Shown here: one piece after another, positions 23,311-35,842 of the stretch | Layout of the letters: each line of letters begins with the position of its first letter | How positions within the stretch are numbered: position 1 is the first letter of the stretch | Assembly (NCBI RefSeq): GCF_050920415.1 | Contig: NZ_CP169309.1 | Strand: one strand, 5' to 3' | DNA: 64,000 nt | DNA from: Escherichia coli | GTDB taxonomy: Bacteria > Pseudomonadota > Gammaproteobacteria > Enterobacterales > Enterobacteriaceae | The notes under the pieces: generated by a model | What the model was told of the DNA's origin: nothing | The model's input: the letters and a program-made list of their open reading frames with translations, nothing else | Database searches by the model: none | Made by a program: the position numbers and the translations under genes

Positions 23311-25806
23311 ATGTTAACGATTCAATTTCTCTGTCCTTTGCCAAACGGCCTGCATGCTCGTCCGGCGTGGGAACTTAAAGAGCAGTGCAGCCAGTGGCAA
23401 AGCGAAATCATCTTCATTAACCATCGCCAGAACGTAAAGGCCGATGCCAAAAGTTCGCTGGCGCTGATTGGCACCGGCACCTTATTTAATGACAGTTGCA
23501 GCCTGAACATTAGCGGCAGCGATGAAGAGCAGGCGCGGCGCGTGCTGGAAGAGTACATCCAGGTGCGCTTTATCGACAGCGACAGCGTCCAGCCGACGCA
23601 GGCAGAACTGACGGCACATCCACTGCCGCGTTCATTAAGCCGCCTGAACCCTGATTTACTGTACGGCAATGTGCTGGCAAGCGGCGTCGGCGTGGGTACG
23701 TTGACCCTGCTACAGAGCAACAGCCTCGACAGTTATCGGGCAATCCCGGCCAGTGCGCAAGACTCCACCTGGCTGGAACACAGCCTGGCAACGCTTGCCG
23801 AGCAACTGAACCAGCAGTTGCGCGAGCGTGACGGCGAAAGCAAAACTATCCTCAGCGCCCATTTATCGCTGATTCAGGATGATGAATTTGCAGGGAATAT
23901 CCGTCGCCTGATGGCAGAACAGCATCAGGGGCTGGGGGCGGCGATCATCAGCAATATGGAGCAGGTTTGCGCCAAGCTTTCTGCCTCTGCCAGCGATTAT
24001 CTGCGCGAGCGGGTCAGCGACATTCGTGATATCAGCGAACAATTGCTGCATATCACCTGGCCGGAACTGAAGCCGCGTAATAATCTGGTGCTCGAAAAAC
24101 CGACCATTCTGGTGGCAGAAGATTTAACCCCTAGCCAGTTTTTGAGCCTCAATTTAAAAAATCTTGCGGGCATGATTCTGGAGAAAACCGGGCGCACCTC
24201 GCATACTCTGATTCTGGCCCGCGCCTCGGCGATCCCCGTACTGAGCGGCCTGCCGCTGGATGCCATTGCTCGCTATGCCGGGCAACCGGCGGTGCTTGAC
24301 GCCCAGTGCGGCGTGCTGGCGATTAATCCTGATGACGCGGTGAGCGGTTATTATCAGGTTGCGCAGACGCTGGCGGATAAACGCCAGAAACAACAGGCGC
24401 AGGCCGCCGCGCAGCTGGCCTATTCCCGTGATAACAAGCGCATTGATATCGCGGCGAATATTGGCACCGCTCTGGAAGCGCCTGGCGCGTTTGCCAACGG
24501 CGCGGAAGGTGTCGGGCTGTTTCGTACCGAAATGCTCTATATGGAGCGCGACAGTGCGCCGGACGAACAGGAACAGTTTGAAGCATACCAACAGGTGCTA
24601 CTGGCGGCGGGCGACAAGCCGATTATTTTCCGCACGATGGACATCGGCGGCGATAAAAGCATTCCTTACCTCAACATTCCCCAGGAAGAGAACCCGTTCC
24701 TCGGCTATCGCGCGGTACGTATTTACCCGGAATTTGCTGGTCTGTTCCGCACTCAATTGCGGGCTATTTTGCGCGCTGCCAGTTTCGGTAATGCCCAGTT
24801 AATGATCCCAATGGTCCACAGCCTCGATCAGATCTTATGGGTGAAGGGCGAGATCCAAAAAGCGATCGTTGAGCTTAAGCGCGATGGCCTGCGTCATGCA
24901 GAGTCGATTACGCTGGGTATCATGGTGGAAGTACCGTCGGTGTGCTACATCATCGACCACTTCTGCGATGAGGTCGATTTCTTCAGTATCGGTTCTAACG
25001 ATATGACCCAGTATCTGTATGCGGTCGATCGTAATAACCCGCGCGTATCGCCGCTGTATAACCCGATTACGCCATCGTTCCTGCGCATGTTGCAGCAGAT
25101 TGTTACCACTGCGCATCAGCGCGGCAAATGGGTAGGTATTTGCGGTGAACTGGGCGGTGAAAGTCGTTATCTGCCGCTACTGCTTGGACTGGGCCTGGAT
25201 GAGCTGAGTATGAGTAGCCCGCGTATTCCGGCGGTGAAAAGCCAGCTTCGTCAACTGGATAGCGAGGCGTGTCGGGAATTGGCTCGTCAGGCATGTGAAT
25301 GCCGCAGTGAGCAGGAAATTGAAGCGTTACTCACCGCCTTTACGCCGGAAGAAGACGTTCGCCCACTGCTGGCGCTGGAGAATATCTTTGTTGATCAGGC
25401 CTTTAGCAATAAAGAGCAGGCGATCCAGTTCCTGTGCGGCAACCTTGGCGTTAACGGGCGTACTGAACATCCGTTTGAGCTGGAAGAAGATGTCTGGCAG
25501 CGGGAAGAGATTGTTACTACTGGCGTTGGTTTTGGCGTGGCGATCCCGCACACCAAATCACAGTGGATCCGTCATTCCAGTATCAGCATTGCCCGGTTGG
25601 TGAAACCGGTTGACTGGCAGTCAGAAATGGGCGAAGTCGAACTGGTGATCATGCTGACGCTGGGCGCTAACGAAGGGATGAATCATGTGAAAGTCTTCTC
25701 GCAGCTGGCGCGTAAACTGGTGAATAAAAACTTCCGCCAGTCGCTGTTTGCCGCACAAGATGCACAAAGTATTCTGACGCTGCTGGAAACGGAATTAACC
25801 TTCTGA
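23311..25806 (+). CDS. fryA: PTS multiphosphoryl transfer protein FryA (HPr - EI - EIIA fusion)
   Basis: 831 aa; N-terminal HPr-like HARPA motif region (PNGLHARPAWE), central enzyme I-like PEP-utilising domain, C-terminal IIA domain. Confidence 0.9.
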   Translation: MLTIQFLCPLPNGLHARPAWELKEQCSQWQSEIIFINHRQNVKADAKSSLALIGTGTLFNDSCSLNISGSDEEQARRVLEEYIQVRFIDSDSVQPTQAELTAHPLPRSLSRLNPDLLYGNVLASGVGVGTLTLLQSNSLDSYRAIPASAQDSTWLEHSLATLAEQLNQQLRERDGESKTILSAHLSLIQDDEFAGNIRRLMAEQHQGLGAAIISNMEQVCAKLSASASDYLRERVSDIRDISEQLLHITWPELKPRNNLVLEKPTILVAEDLTPSQFLSLNLKNLAGMILEKTGRTSHTLILARASAIPVLSGLPLDAIARYAGQPAVLDAQCGVLAINPDDAVSGYYQVAQTLADKRQKQQAQAAAQLAYSRDNKRIDIAANIGTALEAPGAFANGAEGVGLFRTEMLYMERDSAPDEQEQFEAYQQVLLAAGDKPIIFRTMDIGGDKSIPYLNIPQEENPFLGYRAVRIYPEFAGLFRTQLRAILRAASFGNAQLMIPMVHSLDQILWVKGEIQKAIVELKRDGLRHAESITLGIMVEVPSVCYIIDHFCDEVDFFSIGSNDMTQYLYAVDRNNPRVSPLYNPITPSFLRMLQQIVTTAHQRGKWVGICGELGGESRYLPLLLGLGLDELSMSSPRIPAVKSQLRQLDSEACRELARQACECRSEQEIEALLTAFTPEEDVRPLLALENIFVDQAFSNKEQAIQFLCGNLGVNGRTEHPFELEEDVWQREEIVTTGVGFGVAIPHTKSQWIRHSSISIARLVKPVDWQSEMGEVELVIMLTLGANEGMNHVKVFSQLARKLVNKNFRQSLFAAQDAQSILTLLETELTF

Positions 25807-25808
25807 CG

Positions 25809-26666
25809 TTAGCCCTGAAAACGTGCGCTATACTCTCCCGGCGTCAGACCAAACTGACGCCGGAAAACGCGACAAAAATAGTCGCTATCCGGAAACCCGC
25901 AACGCTGCGCCACTTCATGAATCGACAGATGATATTTCTGCAAAATCATCCTCGCCTTCGCCATTCGCACCCAACGCACATATTCGATAAAACGCATTGT
26001 TCCATGCTGCGCAAACAGTTTTGACAGATGATTGGGCGTGATATTAAAAAACTGCGCCACGTTCTCACGGGTGAGCGGCTGGGCATAATTATCCTGAACC
26101 CAGTTACAAATGCTGTGATAGAGAAAATCGCCGCGCGGCTGCGAATTACCCGGCGGCATATTCACCACGTTGCGGCAGAGATGCAGCAAACTTAACACCA
26201 GCGGCTGAATGATATTCTGCTCCAGCGGCGAACGGCTAAGATGGGTGAGGGCAGTAAGCATTGCTTCACCTTCGCCGCGTTGCAGGCTGGGAAGTTGGAT
26301 CTGGCGAACTGGATGCAACAACGACGTGGTGCGGCTATCGTAATACGATAAACCAAGCCAGGTCGGCGCGAACACCAGACTTAACAGCATTACCGGTTTG
26401 TTGTTGACCGGTAAATTAGCCGCGCGCGCCGGAATAAACAGCATTTCTCCTTCCACTATATGTTGCTGCTTTGCTTCCAGCAGATTGCCGTATTCGCCGC
26501 GCAGCACGATATCCAGACGGGGAAAATCAATACATAAACTGCCCACCGGCAACGAGGCCGGCTGGCTGGCAAACCAGACGCGCCCCAGTAGTTGCGGGTT
26601 AAGCACCAGGCCGCTGAACAGATCGGCGAAAAATTGTTGATCGGCGGGCAAGCCTGTTGCTTTCAT
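25809..26666 (-). CDS. ypdC: AraC-family transcriptional regulator YpdC
   Basis: 285 aa; C-terminal AraC HTH (ARMILQKYHLSIHEVAQRCGFPDSDYFCRVFRRQFGLTPGEY). Confidence 0.9.
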   Translation of the reverse strand: MKATGLPADQQFFADLFSGLVLNPQLLGRVWFASQPASLPVGSLCIDFPRLDIVLRGEYGNLLEAKQQHIVEGEMLFIPARAANLPVNNKPVMLLSLVFAPTWLGLSYYDSRTTSLLHPVRQIQLPSLQRGEGEAMLTALTHLSRSPLEQNIIQPLVLSLLHLCRNVVNMPPGNSQPRGDFLYHSICNWVQDNYAQPLTRENVAQFFNITPNHLSKLFAQHGTMRFIEYVRWVRMAKARMILQKYHLSIHEVAQRCGFPDSDYFCRVFRRQFGLTPGEYSARFQG

Positions 26667-26677
26667 GAAAATCCCGA

Positions 26678-27412
26678 TTACAGATGCATTAACTGCCTGA
26701 ATTCTTTTACTTTGCTACGGCTGACCGGTACTTCAAAATCCAGATCTTTCAGTCGCAGAATGTAGGTGTTATTAAACCACGGTTCGATTTCGCGGATTTT
26801 GTTCAGATTGACACAAAATGAGCGATGGCAGCGGAAAAAATGTGACGGCGGCAGCTTGCTGCAAAATTCAGTAATGTTCATTGGCATTACGTAGGATTCA
26901 CGCCGCGTATAGACAAAGGTCATTTTCTCGTGCGCTTCGGCGTAATAGATATCGTTAATTGGCGTGACGATGATTCGCTCATCTTTCACCAGATTAATGG
27001 TGTCATTCTCACGCGTTACCATTGCGGCAGGCGTACTGCTGGTTTGCTGTTGCTGCCAGGCTGCTTCCAGCTTTTGCAGCATTCCTGTAATGCGTGATTC
27101 CTGATACGGTTTGAGAATGTAGTCAAACGCCTCCAGCTCAAACGCTTCTACCGCATGTTCTTTCCACGCAGTGATGAACACAATAAACGGTTTATGGGCA
27201 AACTGGCTGATGTTTTGCGCCAGCAACACGCCATCCAGCGACGGAATATTGATATCCAGAAAAATGGCGTCGACGCGGTTATGCTGCAAAAACTTCAACA
27301 CGTCCAGACCATCGTCAAAGGTGCCGACAATCTCCATCTGGCTGTGCTCTTTAATCAGCCAGCTCAGTTCCTGTTGTGCCAGGAATTCGTCTTCAACAAT
27401 GATGACTTTCAC
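26678..27412 (-). CDS. ypdB: LytTR-type response regulator YpdB
   Basis: Receiver domain (KVIIVEDE...DAIFLDINIP) plus LytTR output domain; start taken at the GTG giving MKVIIVEDE (ORF track starts 6 codons upstream). Confidence 0.9.
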   Translation of the reverse strand: MKVIIVEDEFLAQQELSWLIKEHSQMEIVGTFDDGLDVLKFLQHNRVDAIFLDINIPSLDGVLLAQNISQFAHKPFIVFITAWKEHAVEAFELEAFDYILKPYQESRITGMLQKLEAAWQQQQTSSTPAAMVTRENDTINLVKDERIIVTPINDIYYAEAHEKMTFVYTRRESYVMPMNITEFCSKLPPSHFFRCHRSFCVNLNKIREIEPWFNNTYILRLKDLDFEVPVSRSKVKEFRQLMHL

Positions 27413-27426
27413 AATATCACTCCGGC

Positions 27427-29124
27427 TCAAAGCAATAACGTAGCCTGTGAGGCGACAGGGGGGCGTTGGTTAGGAATGTAAAATGCGATTTCCGTCCCAG
27501 GCTCCAGACGACGAATATGCAGCCCTTCGCCATATAACAACTTCACGCGGTGATGGACATTAAGCAGGCCAATTTTATTGCCTGGCATTTCATTCGCTTC
27601 GACCCGTTCAATCACCTTTGGATCGATGCCGTGCCCGGTGTCTCGCACCGCAATGCGTACCCGATTGCCGCACTCTGCAACGCTGATGGTGACAACGCCT
27701 TTTCCCTTACAAGGCTGAATACCGTGGACAATGGCGTTCTCCACTAAAGGCTGGATCAGCAGGCTGGGAATGTAGCAATTCACCTCTTCATCAATATCAT
27801 AGATAACCGTCAGCTTGTCGCCAAAGCGGGCCTGCTCAATGGCAATATAGTCTTTAATTTGGTACAGCTCTTTTTTGATATCGATTTGCTCATCGTCTTT
27901 TAATTCAATGTTATAGCGCAGATAACGCGACAGATTAAAGATTAACTGGCGAGCGGTATCCGGATTCAGACGGATCGACGATGAGATAGCATTCAGAGCA
28001 TTAAACAGGAAATGGGGATTAATTTTGCTTTGCAGAGCGCGAAGCTCTGCCTTATTTGCCATTTCACGTAGCTGCTCGGCGCGTGAAACCTCCAGTTGGG
28101 TGGAGATGATTTGAGACAGACCGACAGCCATTTCCTGTAATGACGAGGTGATCTGATGCGCGTGGCAGTAGTAAATTTTCAGTGTTCCTGTCACCACGCC
28201 TTTCTCCCACAATGGGATCACCAGCATCGAATGAATCTCTGGCGTGCGGTGGGCTTCATCATTGTTTTTAATAATGATTTTTCCGTAATTCATTGCCTGA
28301 CGCGTTGTTGGGCTAATGAAATCATCGCCATTCTGATAGTTGTGCTCACCTACGCCAACATAGGCCAGCACATGATCGGTGTTGGTAATCGCTACCGCAT
28401 CGGCGTGAATATCATCGCGGATAATTTCACAAACTTTGCGTAATGACTCGCTATTGACATGGCGAAACAGCGGCAGCGTTTTGTTGGCGATATCCAGCGC
28501 CAGCTTGGCCTGCCGCGCGGCGCTGGCCTCTTTTTCGCCCTCAACGCTTTGTACCAGCAACACAATAAAGCCGATACAAACGCTGCCGAGGATCATCGGA
28601 ATCCCGATTTTGGAGACGATATCAATCCCCAGTGCAGTGGTGGGCGCCCAGACAATCACCAGAATCATCGTCAACGTTTCACATAACATGCCACCGAGAA
28701 TACCGACGCGCCAGCGCTGTGCTTTGGGGATTTTCAGGTTGATCCAGCCTGATATGCAACCCGCGAGAATACTGGTGATAAAGCACGGAATTGCCGTCAC
28801 GCCGCCGATGTCAATTAAATAACGGTGAATACCCGCAATCACACCGGTAATGATGCCTACCCACGGGCCAAATAGAATTCCGCCTGACATCACCGCGATA
28901 ATGCGCACATTAACCAGCGAGCCTTCTACGGGCACGCCGGACCAGGTGCTGAACAGGGCGAACAGCGAGAAAATGGCGGTAACGGCGAGCAGCTCTTTTG
29001 GGGAGTGTGCCGACTTGTGCAACAGTTCGCGAAACAGGCGGATACGGATAAGAAAGAACAGGCAGATAAGCATTAACGCTGCCCGATCGAAGACCGCCAG
29101 CAGCATGTTGAATATTTCGTGCAC
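27427..29124 (-). CDS. ypdA: Sensor histidine kinase YpdA (LytS-like)
   Basis: 565 aa; N-terminal multi-TM sensing domain, GAF-like region, C-terminal HisKA_3/HATPase ([10 protein letters not shown]...GHGI). Confidence 0.9.
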   Translation of the reverse strand: MHEIFNMLLAVFDRAALMLICLFFLIRIRLFRELLHKSAHSPKELLAVTAIFSLFALFSTWSGVPVEGSLVNVRIIAVMSGGILFGPWVGIITGVIAGIHRYLIDIGGVTAIPCFITSILAGCISGWINLKIPKAQRWRVGILGGMLCETLTMILVIVWAPTTALGIDIVSKIGIPMILGSVCIGFIVLLVQSVEGEKEASAARQAKLALDIANKTLPLFRHVNSESLRKVCEIIRDDIHADAVAITNTDHVLAYVGVGEHNYQNGDDFISPTTRQAMNYGKIIIKNNDEAHRTPEIHSMLVIPLWEKGVVTGTLKIYYCHAHQITSSLQEMAVGLSQIISTQLEVSRAEQLREMANKAELRALQSKINPHFLFNALNAISSSIRLNPDTARQLIFNLSRYLRYNIELKDDEQIDIKKELYQIKDYIAIEQARFGDKLTVIYDIDEEVNCYIPSLLIQPLVENAIVHGIQPCKGKGVVTISVAECGNRVRIAVRDTGHGIDPKVIERVEANEMPGNKIGLLNVHHRVKLLYGEGLHIRRLEPGTEIAFYIPNQRPPVASQATLLL

Positions 29125-29500
29125 GGGTGACTCTGAATAAGGATTAAACCTCTATGATAGGTAACCTGAAGGCTGATGACCAGCAGGCCGTTTTTGAGGA
29201 AAAACCACAATTTTAAAAGGGGATTGAAAGATAAATGGTGTATTAGCAATGCATCTCTTGATAATGCATATCTGTTTGGTAAATTTATTGAAATTATAAT
29301 GTTAATAGATTGAGTGGTAATTTTCTTGTTAGCGTAGATAAATTTCCTGTTTTTAAAGCGGAGTTCCTCATTTAAGGCTATTAACAAAAATGTTCTAAAA
29401 CGCTGGACAGACAGAAATTAATCAGGCTATTTTCAAAACAGCCACCATCGTGGCAGCGTCGCTCGGACGGTCCGGGCGCTCACGTTAATCTGAGGAAATT

Positions 29501-30739
29501 ATGGCTGACACTCGCCCTGAACGTCGCTTTACGCGTATTGATCGTCTCCCACCCTACGTTTTTAACATTACCGCTGAACTGAAAATGGCTGCGCGTCGGC
29601 GCGGCGAAGATATTATCGATTTCAGTATGGGTAACCCGGACGGTGCGACCCCGCCGCATATCGTCGAAAAATTATGTACGGTGGCCCAGCGACCGGACAC
29701 GCATGGTTACTCCACCTCGCGTGGTATTCCGCGGTTACGTCGCGCCATTTCCCGCTGGTATCAGGATCGTTACGACGTCGAGATCGACCCGGAATCAGAG
29801 GCTATCGTCACCATTGGCTCGAAAGAGGGGCTGGCGCATCTGATGCTGGCGACGCTGGATCACGGTGACACTGTACTGGTGCCTAATCCAAGCTACCCGA
29901 TTCATATTTACGGCGCGGTGATTGCCGGAGCGCAGGTACGCTCAGTGCCGCTGGTGGAAGGTGTCGATTTCTTCAACGAACTGGAACGCGCTATCCGTGA
30001 AAGTTATCCGAAACCGAAGATGATGATCCTCGGCTTCCCGTCGAACCCAACCGCGCAATGCGTGGAACTGGAATTCTTTGAGAAGGTTGTGGCGCTGGCG
30101 AAACGCTACGATGTGCTGGTGGTCCATGACCTGGCCTATGCCGATATCGTCTACGATGGCTGGAAAGCGCCGTCAATCATGCAGGTGCCAGGTGCACGCG
30201 ATGTGGCGGTAGAGTTCTTTACGCTGTCGAAAAGCTACAACATGGCGGGCTGGCGTATCGGCTTTATGGTCGGTAACAAAACGCTGGTCAGCGCGTTGGC
30301 ACGTATTAAAAGCTATCACGATTACGGTACTTTTACGCCGTTGCAGGTGGCGGCGATTGCGGCGCTGGAGGGAGATCAACAGTGCGTTCGCGACATTGCC
30401 GAACAGTACAAACGCCGCCGCGATGTACTGGTTAAAGGGCTGCATGAAGCGGGCTGGATGGTCGAAATGCCGAAGGCTTCGATGTATGTCTGGGCGAAAA
30501 TCCCGGAACCATATGCGGCCATGGGCTCACTGGAATTTGCCAAGAAACTGCTTAACGAAGCGAAGGTCTGTGTCTCTCCAGGGATTGGCTTTGGCGACTA
30601 CGGCGACACCCATGTTCGCTTTGCGCTGATTGAAAACCGCGATCGTATTCGCCAGGCGATTCGTGGAATTAAAGCGATGTTCCGTGCCGACGGTTTACTA
30701 CCCGCCAGCAGCAAACATATTCACGAAAACGCGGAATAA
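29501..30739 (+). CDS. alaC: Glutamate-pyruvate aminotransferase AlaC (YfdZ)
   Basis: 412 aa; PLP-dependent aminotransferase class I with [12 protein letters not shown] lysine motif. Confidence 0.9.
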   Translation: MADTRPERRFTRIDRLPPYVFNITAELKMAARRRGEDIIDFSMGNPDGATPPHIVEKLCTVAQRPDTHGYSTSRGIPRLRRAISRWYQDRYDVEIDPESEAIVTIGSKEGLAHLMLATLDHGDTVLVPNPSYPIHIYGAVIAGAQVRSVPLVEGVDFFNELERAIRESYPKPKMMILGFPSNPTAQCVELEFFEKVVALAKRYDVLVVHDLAYADIVYDGWKAPSIMQVPGARDVAVEFFTLSKSYNMAGWRIGFMVGNKTLVSALARIKSYHDYGTFTPLQVAAIAALEGDQQCVRDIAEQYKRRRDVLVKGLHEAGWMVEMPKASMYVWAKIPEPYAAMGSLEFAKKLLNEAKVCVSPGIGFGDYGDTHVRFALIENRDRIRQAIRGIKAMFRADGLLPASSKHIHENAE

Positions 30740-30762
30740 ACACCATCGCCAGAAATGCAAAC

Positions 30763-30787
30763 AGGAGCCAGATGGCTCCTGTTTTTC
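30763..30787 (+). terminator. Rho-independent terminator after alaC
   Basis: aggagcca ga tggctcct hairpin followed by gttttt. Confidence 0.7.
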
Positions 30788-31229
30788 ATTGCACAGTTTG
30801 CTTTTAGATCATCAGGGCAAAAGTACCGGCCCAAACGATGACCATAAAAGAAATGCCCATAAAGAAATATTTCACTTTACATCTCTCCGCGTAATTACTG
30901 TTACGCCTGAATGACTTCATTACACCTGATACAGTGAGTTGACACCGGGCAAAACGACATTGAAAGTCCGTATTTTACCGTGGGCATCACCCCAGAATTC
31001 TGAGCTAAACTGCTCGAGACGGCGCTAATGTACGCCTAAAACTGAAACGAGACAAGAGGCATTTTCTTATTTACTTTTAGTAACTTACAGGTGTCTCATA
31101 TCGGCGACAGTTTAATTTCTGACGGTAATAATTAGAGATTCAGCGAAGGAAAAAACCTTAAGAAAAAAGCCATAAAAACCATGAGGTTAATATGGCTGAT
31201 TTGAGGAGGGAAAGAGTAGAAGCAATTTG

Positions 31230-32150
31230 TTAAATGTATAACGACGATTCTCCCACCGGGCGCGTTTTAAAGCGACGGTGGATCCAGAGGTACTGCTCAG
31301 GTGCGCGCATAATCTCTTTCTCGATAATCTTGTTCATATAGGCAGCGGCTTGATTTTCATCTGCCGGGTAGCCTTCCATTTCAGGGGTGATGAACAACCG
31401 ATATCCGCTGTAATCCGTTTTTCTGACCATCGTTACGGTCAACATGGCTGCGCCAGAGAGACGAGAGAGGACATAGGTGCCATTTGTTGTGGCAACATTT
31501 TCTACCGCAAAGAACGGTGCGAAGGAGCTACCTTTACGACCATAATCCTGATCGGGAGCAAACCATACGGCTTCACCTTTCTTCAGCGCACCGACAATAC
31601 CGCGCAGATTATTTCTGCCGATCATCGCTTTGTTAGAGCGCATGCGACCACGGGTCTGCACCCATTCCATCAGCTGATTATTATGTGGACGATAGGTGGC
31701 CATCATTGGCTGACATAGTCCCATCACGCGGCCGCCCAATTCCAGCGACATAAAATGGACGCCGACAACCATCACGCCACGATTTTGCAGTTGTGCGCGT
31801 TTGAGGTTATCCAGCCCTTCAACATCAAACCATTTACGTACGCGACTGTCGGGCCAGAACCATGCCATGCCGGTTTCTACCAGCGCCATGCCGAGTGAAC
31901 GAAAGTTTTCGGCAATCATCTTCTCGCGCTCTTCAGCAGAATGCTGTGGGAAACAAAGTTCCAGGTTCTTACGGGCGATAGATTCACGACGTTTCAGGAA
32001 TGGTCGCGCCATCGTGCCGATACGCGTGCCGAGAAAACAGAGAACAGGGTAAGGAAGCTGTACCCAAAGCCAGAGTACACCAAGCCCAAACCACGTGAGC
32101 CAGTAGCGAGGATGTAGAAACTCGCGGGAAAATTTGCATTTTGGAAACAT
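31230..32150 (-). CDS. lpxP: Lipid A palmitoleoyltransferase LpxP (Ddg)
   Basis: 306 aa from MFPKCKF (ORF track begins 22 codons upstream); HtrB/MsbB-family late acyltransferase. Confidence 0.85.
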   Translation of the reverse strand: MFPKCKFSREFLHPRYWLTWFGLGVLWLWVQLPYPVLCFLGTRIGTMARPFLKRRESIARKNLELCFPQHSAEEREKMIAENFRSLGMALVETGMAWFWPDSRVRKWFDVEGLDNLKRAQLQNRGVMVVGVHFMSLELGGRVMGLCQPMMATYRPHNNQLMEWVQTRGRMRSNKAMIGRNNLRGIVGALKKGEAVWFAPDQDYGRKGSSFAPFFAVENVATTNGTYVLSRLSGAAMLTVTMVRKTDYSGYRLFITPEMEGYPADENQAAAYMNKIIEKEIMRAPEQYLWIHRRFKTRPVGESSLYI

Positions 32151-32502
32151 AGTTACCTTCTGTAGATACAAATTGTTGTATCGCAGAAGATTCCATGTCG
32201 ACAGCGGTACACTCAATTGATTGGGCCATCATGTACGACAATGGTTCCTGTAAAGAGTGTAAAGACTAGTCAGGACATAACCACGAGGAGCATGAATGCG
32301 GTGCTTTTACTTTATCACTGGCTGACTGCTTTCAGCTACTGATTATTTATCGTGCAAAGTAAATATTTTTTCGCACATTACAGTCTTGCATTTAACGTGC
32401 TGTTTTCATTAATACTTAGCAAAAATTGCCAGAGGTTAAGGATTGTCTTACTATTAAAGTGACTGAAGTTACAGGTTTTTTAGCGCGGCAGGAGGTTGAG
32501 CT

Positions 32503-32745
32503 ATGATTTATTTATGGATGTTTCTCGCCCTGTGTATTGTCTGCGTAAGCGGATACATCGGTCAGGTACTGAACGTGGTCTCGGCGGTCTCTTCTTTCTT
32601 CGGCATGGTGATCCTCGCTGCACTCATTTACTACTTCACCATGTGGTTAACTGGCGGTAATGAACTAGTGACGGGGATATTTATGTTTCTTGCCCCGGCT
32701 TGTGGCTTGATGATTCGCTTTATGGTGGGGTATGGCAGGCGGTAG
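32503..32745 (+). CDS. yfdY: Small membrane protein YfdY (DUF2545)
   Basis: 80 aa, two predicted TM helices. Confidence 0.8.
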   Translation: MIYLWMFLALCIVCVSGYIGQVLNVVSAVSSFFGMVILAALIYYFTMWLTGGNELVTGIFMFLAPACGLMIRFMVGYGRR

Positions 32746-32821
32746 TAGTTCAGGATGGATCATTTGGGCAGGTGCTCACATCATCAACAGATATGATTGT
32801 TCACCTGCCATGTGACAGACG

Positions 32822-33097
32822 CTATCGCACAGGATGAATAAGATAATTCGCCTTTGTCGGAAAAGGGGGCGTGATGTCTTCTGTGAGATTTAATGGTGGC
32901 GCATCTTCTCTCATCTTAAACAAAATCGCCTGTGATGGTTGAAGTTTTGTAGAATGAGTTGTCGTCATCACTGACGTTTTTTCTGTCTCTTTATAGCTCG
33001 TCTCACTTCCGCCACCAGAAATGGAAAATGCAAAAACATTGCATGCCATAATAGAGACCAATAAAAATAAGCTAAAAAGCATTAAGTTTACTTTCAT
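32822..33097 (-). CDS. ypdI: Small exported protein YpdI
   Basis: 91 aa with signal peptide and lipobox-like MAC motif. Confidence 0.75.
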   Translation of the reverse strand: MKVNLMLFSLFLLVSIMACNVFAFSISGGGSETSYKETEKTSVMTTTHSTKLQPSQAILFKMREDAPPLNLTEDITPPFPTKANYLIHPVR

Positions 33098-33392
33098 AGA
33101 AAGTTATCCTGAGAATGGCTCACTGAGAACCTACGATGTTATGACTGTATTTACATTTAATTAATCAGTATTTACATCGATATAATAAATGACATCTCTT
33201 TGTGGTATATAAGAATAGTTCTCTGCGACAGGAAGCATATTCCTACAATTGTAAGACTAAAATACTTCTTGCGATAATAACTACAACTGTAAGATAACCC
33301 TTTCAAAATGACCGTTGCTCTCTGATTTCTCATTTCATGCTCACCCAATATGATGGCGGCGTTTTCTAAAACTGTTAAAGAATGAGGTAAGT

Positions 33393-34025
33393 ATGAAACG
33401 TTTAATTATGGCTACGATGGTCACAGCAGTTCTGGCATCTTCAACTGTATGGGCTGCTGATAATGCACCGGTAGCAGCACAACAGCAAACTCAGCAAGTT
33501 CAGCAAACCCAGAAAACGGTAGCAGCAGAGCGTATCTCTGAACAGGGTTTATATGCGATGCGTGACGTGCAGGTAGCGCGCCTGGCTCTGTTTCATGGCG
33601 ATCCGGAAAAGGCAAAAGAACTGACCAATGAAGCTTCCGCTTTGCTGTCAGATGACAGTACTGAATGGGCAAAGTTCGCTAAGCCAGGTAAAAAGACCAA
33701 TATCAATGATGACCAATATATTGTCATTAATGCATCTGTCGGAATTTCTGAGAGTTATGTAGCGACACCCGAAAAAGAAGCAGCGATAAAAATTGCGAAT
33801 GAAAAAATGGCGAAAGGGGATAAAAAGGGAGCAATGGAAGAGCTTCGCCTGGCCGGTGTTGGCGTAATGGAAAACCAATATCTGATGCCGCTTAAACAGA
33901 CTCGTAATGCACTTGCTGATGCGCAGAAACTGCTTGATAAAAAGCAATACTACGAGGCAAACCTGGCGCTTAAAGGTGCGGAAGATGGAATCATCGTCGA
34001 TAGCGAAGCACTGTTTGTGAACTAA
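33393..34025 (+). CDS. yfdX: Periplasmic protein YfdX
   Basis: 210 aa with signal peptide ([21 protein letters not shown]); first gene of the EvgA-regulated yfdX-frc-oxc-yfdV-yfdE cluster. Confidence 0.85.
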   Translation: MKRLIMATMVTAVLASSTVWAADNAPVAAQQQTQQVQQTQKTVAAERISEQGLYAMRDVQVARLALFHGDPEKAKELTNEASALLSDDSTEWAKFAKPGKKTNINDDQYIVINASVGISESYVATPEKEAAIKIANEKMAKGDKKGAMEELRLAGVGVMENQYLMPLKQTRNALADAQKLLDKKQYYEANLALKGAEDGIIVDSEALFVN

Positions 34026-34538
34026 TGCTGACAGGCAGCATATTGAAGTAAAAGATTTTACTCCCTCCAGGCGACAATTTTTTATGACCACAATACGACC
34101 GATTGTGGTCATAAAATTATTTGGCGCTCGCGGTTCTATAAACACGCATTATCTATTCCTCAAAGTAAACATCAATAATCCCGTGTCATCACGAAATCAT
34201 TGTTTATGTTATGTTTTATGGTACGATTTAAAAATCGTAATCATTTCCCTCACTGTAAATCACAATCGCTTCTTACAGTTGTAAGAATAACATCACAAAT
34301 GTCGCGGCTCTCTCTGATTACCGCAAACCAATATTTATCATATTCTTCTTTTCGTCCTCACTACTTACCATGCAAAAAGGAATTGGTAGTGGCGATGAAA
34401 TGATTTCCAGCACTTGATACAGGAATTTAAAAATATCGAGTGCAGCTACGACGATATTTTGCGGATTATTTATAGAGGGCGTTATGCCTTAAATAAACGC
34501 TAAATTAACATATATTTAATTAACTAATAGGTATTGCT

Positions 34539-35789
34539 ATGTCAACTCCACTTCAAGGAATTAAAGTTCTCGATTTCACCGGTGTGCAATCTGGCCCATC
34601 TTGTACTCAGATGCTGGCGTGGTTTGGCGCTGACGTCATTAAAATTGAACGTCCCGGCGTTGGTGACGTAACGCGTCGCCAGCTGCGAGATATTCCTGAT
34701 ATCGATGCACTTTACTTCACCATGCTTAACAGCAACAAACGTTCTATTGAATTAAATACCAAAACAGCGGAAGGCAAAGAGGTAATGGAAAAGCTGATCC
34801 GCGAAGCTGATATCTTGGTCGAGAACTTTCATCCAGGGGCTATTGATCACATGGGCTTCACCTGGGAGCATATTCAGGAAATCAACCCACGTCTGATTTT
34901 TGGTTCGATCAAAGGGTTTGATGAGTGTTCGCCTTATGTGAATGTAAAAGCCTATGAAAACGTTGCTCAGGCAGCGGGTGGCGCGGCATCCACTACGGGT
35001 TTTTGGGACGGCCCGCCGCTGGTAAGCGCTGCAGCGTTGGGTGACAGCAACACCGGAATGCATTTGCTGATCGGTTTACTTGCTGCTTTGCTGCATCGCG
35101 AAAAAACGGGGCGTGGGCAACGAGTTACCATGTCAATGCAGGATGCCGTGTTGAACCTTTGCCGCGTGAAATTACGCGACCAGCAGCGCCTCGATAAGCT
35201 GGGTTATCTGGAAGAATACCCGCAGTATCCGAATGGCACATTTGGTGATGCAGTTCCCCGCGGTGGTAATGCGGGTGGTGGCGGTCAGCCTGGCTGGATC
35301 CTGAAATGTAAAGGCTGGGAAACCGATCCTAATGCCTATATTTATTTCACTATTCAGGAGCAAAACTGGGAAAACACCTGTAAAGCTATCGGCAAACCAG
35401 AATGGATTACCGATCCGGCATATAGTACAGCTCATGCCCGACAGCCACATATTTTCGATATTTTTGCTGAAATCGAAAAATACACTGTCACTATTGATAA
35501 ACATGAAGCGGTGGCCTATTTGACTCAGTTTGATATTCCTTGTGCACCGGTTTTAAGTATGAAAGAAATTTCACTCGATCCCTCTTTGCGCCAAAGTGGC
35601 AGTGTTGTCGAAGTAGAGCAACCGTTGCGTGGAAAATATCTGACCGTTGGTTGTCCAATGAAATTCTCTGCCTTTACGCCGGATATTAAAGCTGCGCCGC
35701 TATTAGGTGAACATACCGCTGCTGTATTGCAGGAGCTGGGTTATAGCGACGATGAAATTGCTGCAATGAAGCAAAACCACGCCATCTGA
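34539..35789 (+). CDS. frc: Formyl-CoA:oxalate CoA-transferase Frc
   Basis: 416 aa; CoA-transferase family III. Confidence 0.9.
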   Translation: MSTPLQGIKVLDFTGVQSGPSCTQMLAWFGADVIKIERPGVGDVTRRQLRDIPDIDALYFTMLNSNKRSIELNTKTAEGKEVMEKLIREADILVENFHPGAIDHMGFTWEHIQEINPRLIFGSIKGFDECSPYVNVKAYENVAQAAGGAASTTGFWDGPPLVSAAALGDSNTGMHLLIGLLAALLHREKTGRGQRVTMSMQDAVLNLCRVKLRDQQRLDKLGYLEEYPQYPNGTFGDAVPRGGNAGGGGQPGWILKCKGWETDPNAYIYFTIQEQNWENTCKAIGKPEWITDPAYSTAHARQPHIFDIFAEIEKYTVTIDKHEAVAYLTQFDIPCAPVLSMKEISLDPSLRQSGSVVEVEQPLRGKYLTVGCPMKFSAFTPDIKAAPLLGEHTAAVLQELGYSDDEIAAMKQNHAI

Positions 35790-35842
35790 TATTAACGGGG
35801 GCTTCTGGCTCCCAATTTATAAAAATTTCGAGGTTATTAATC

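Noticed and set aside
33648-34145. 165-aa ORF antisense to yfdX and the AT-rich yfdX-frc intergenic region
   Set aside because: Overlaps yfdX on the opposite strand and runs through the AT-rich intergenic region; Phe/Ile/Cys-rich composition typical of AT-rich shadow frames.
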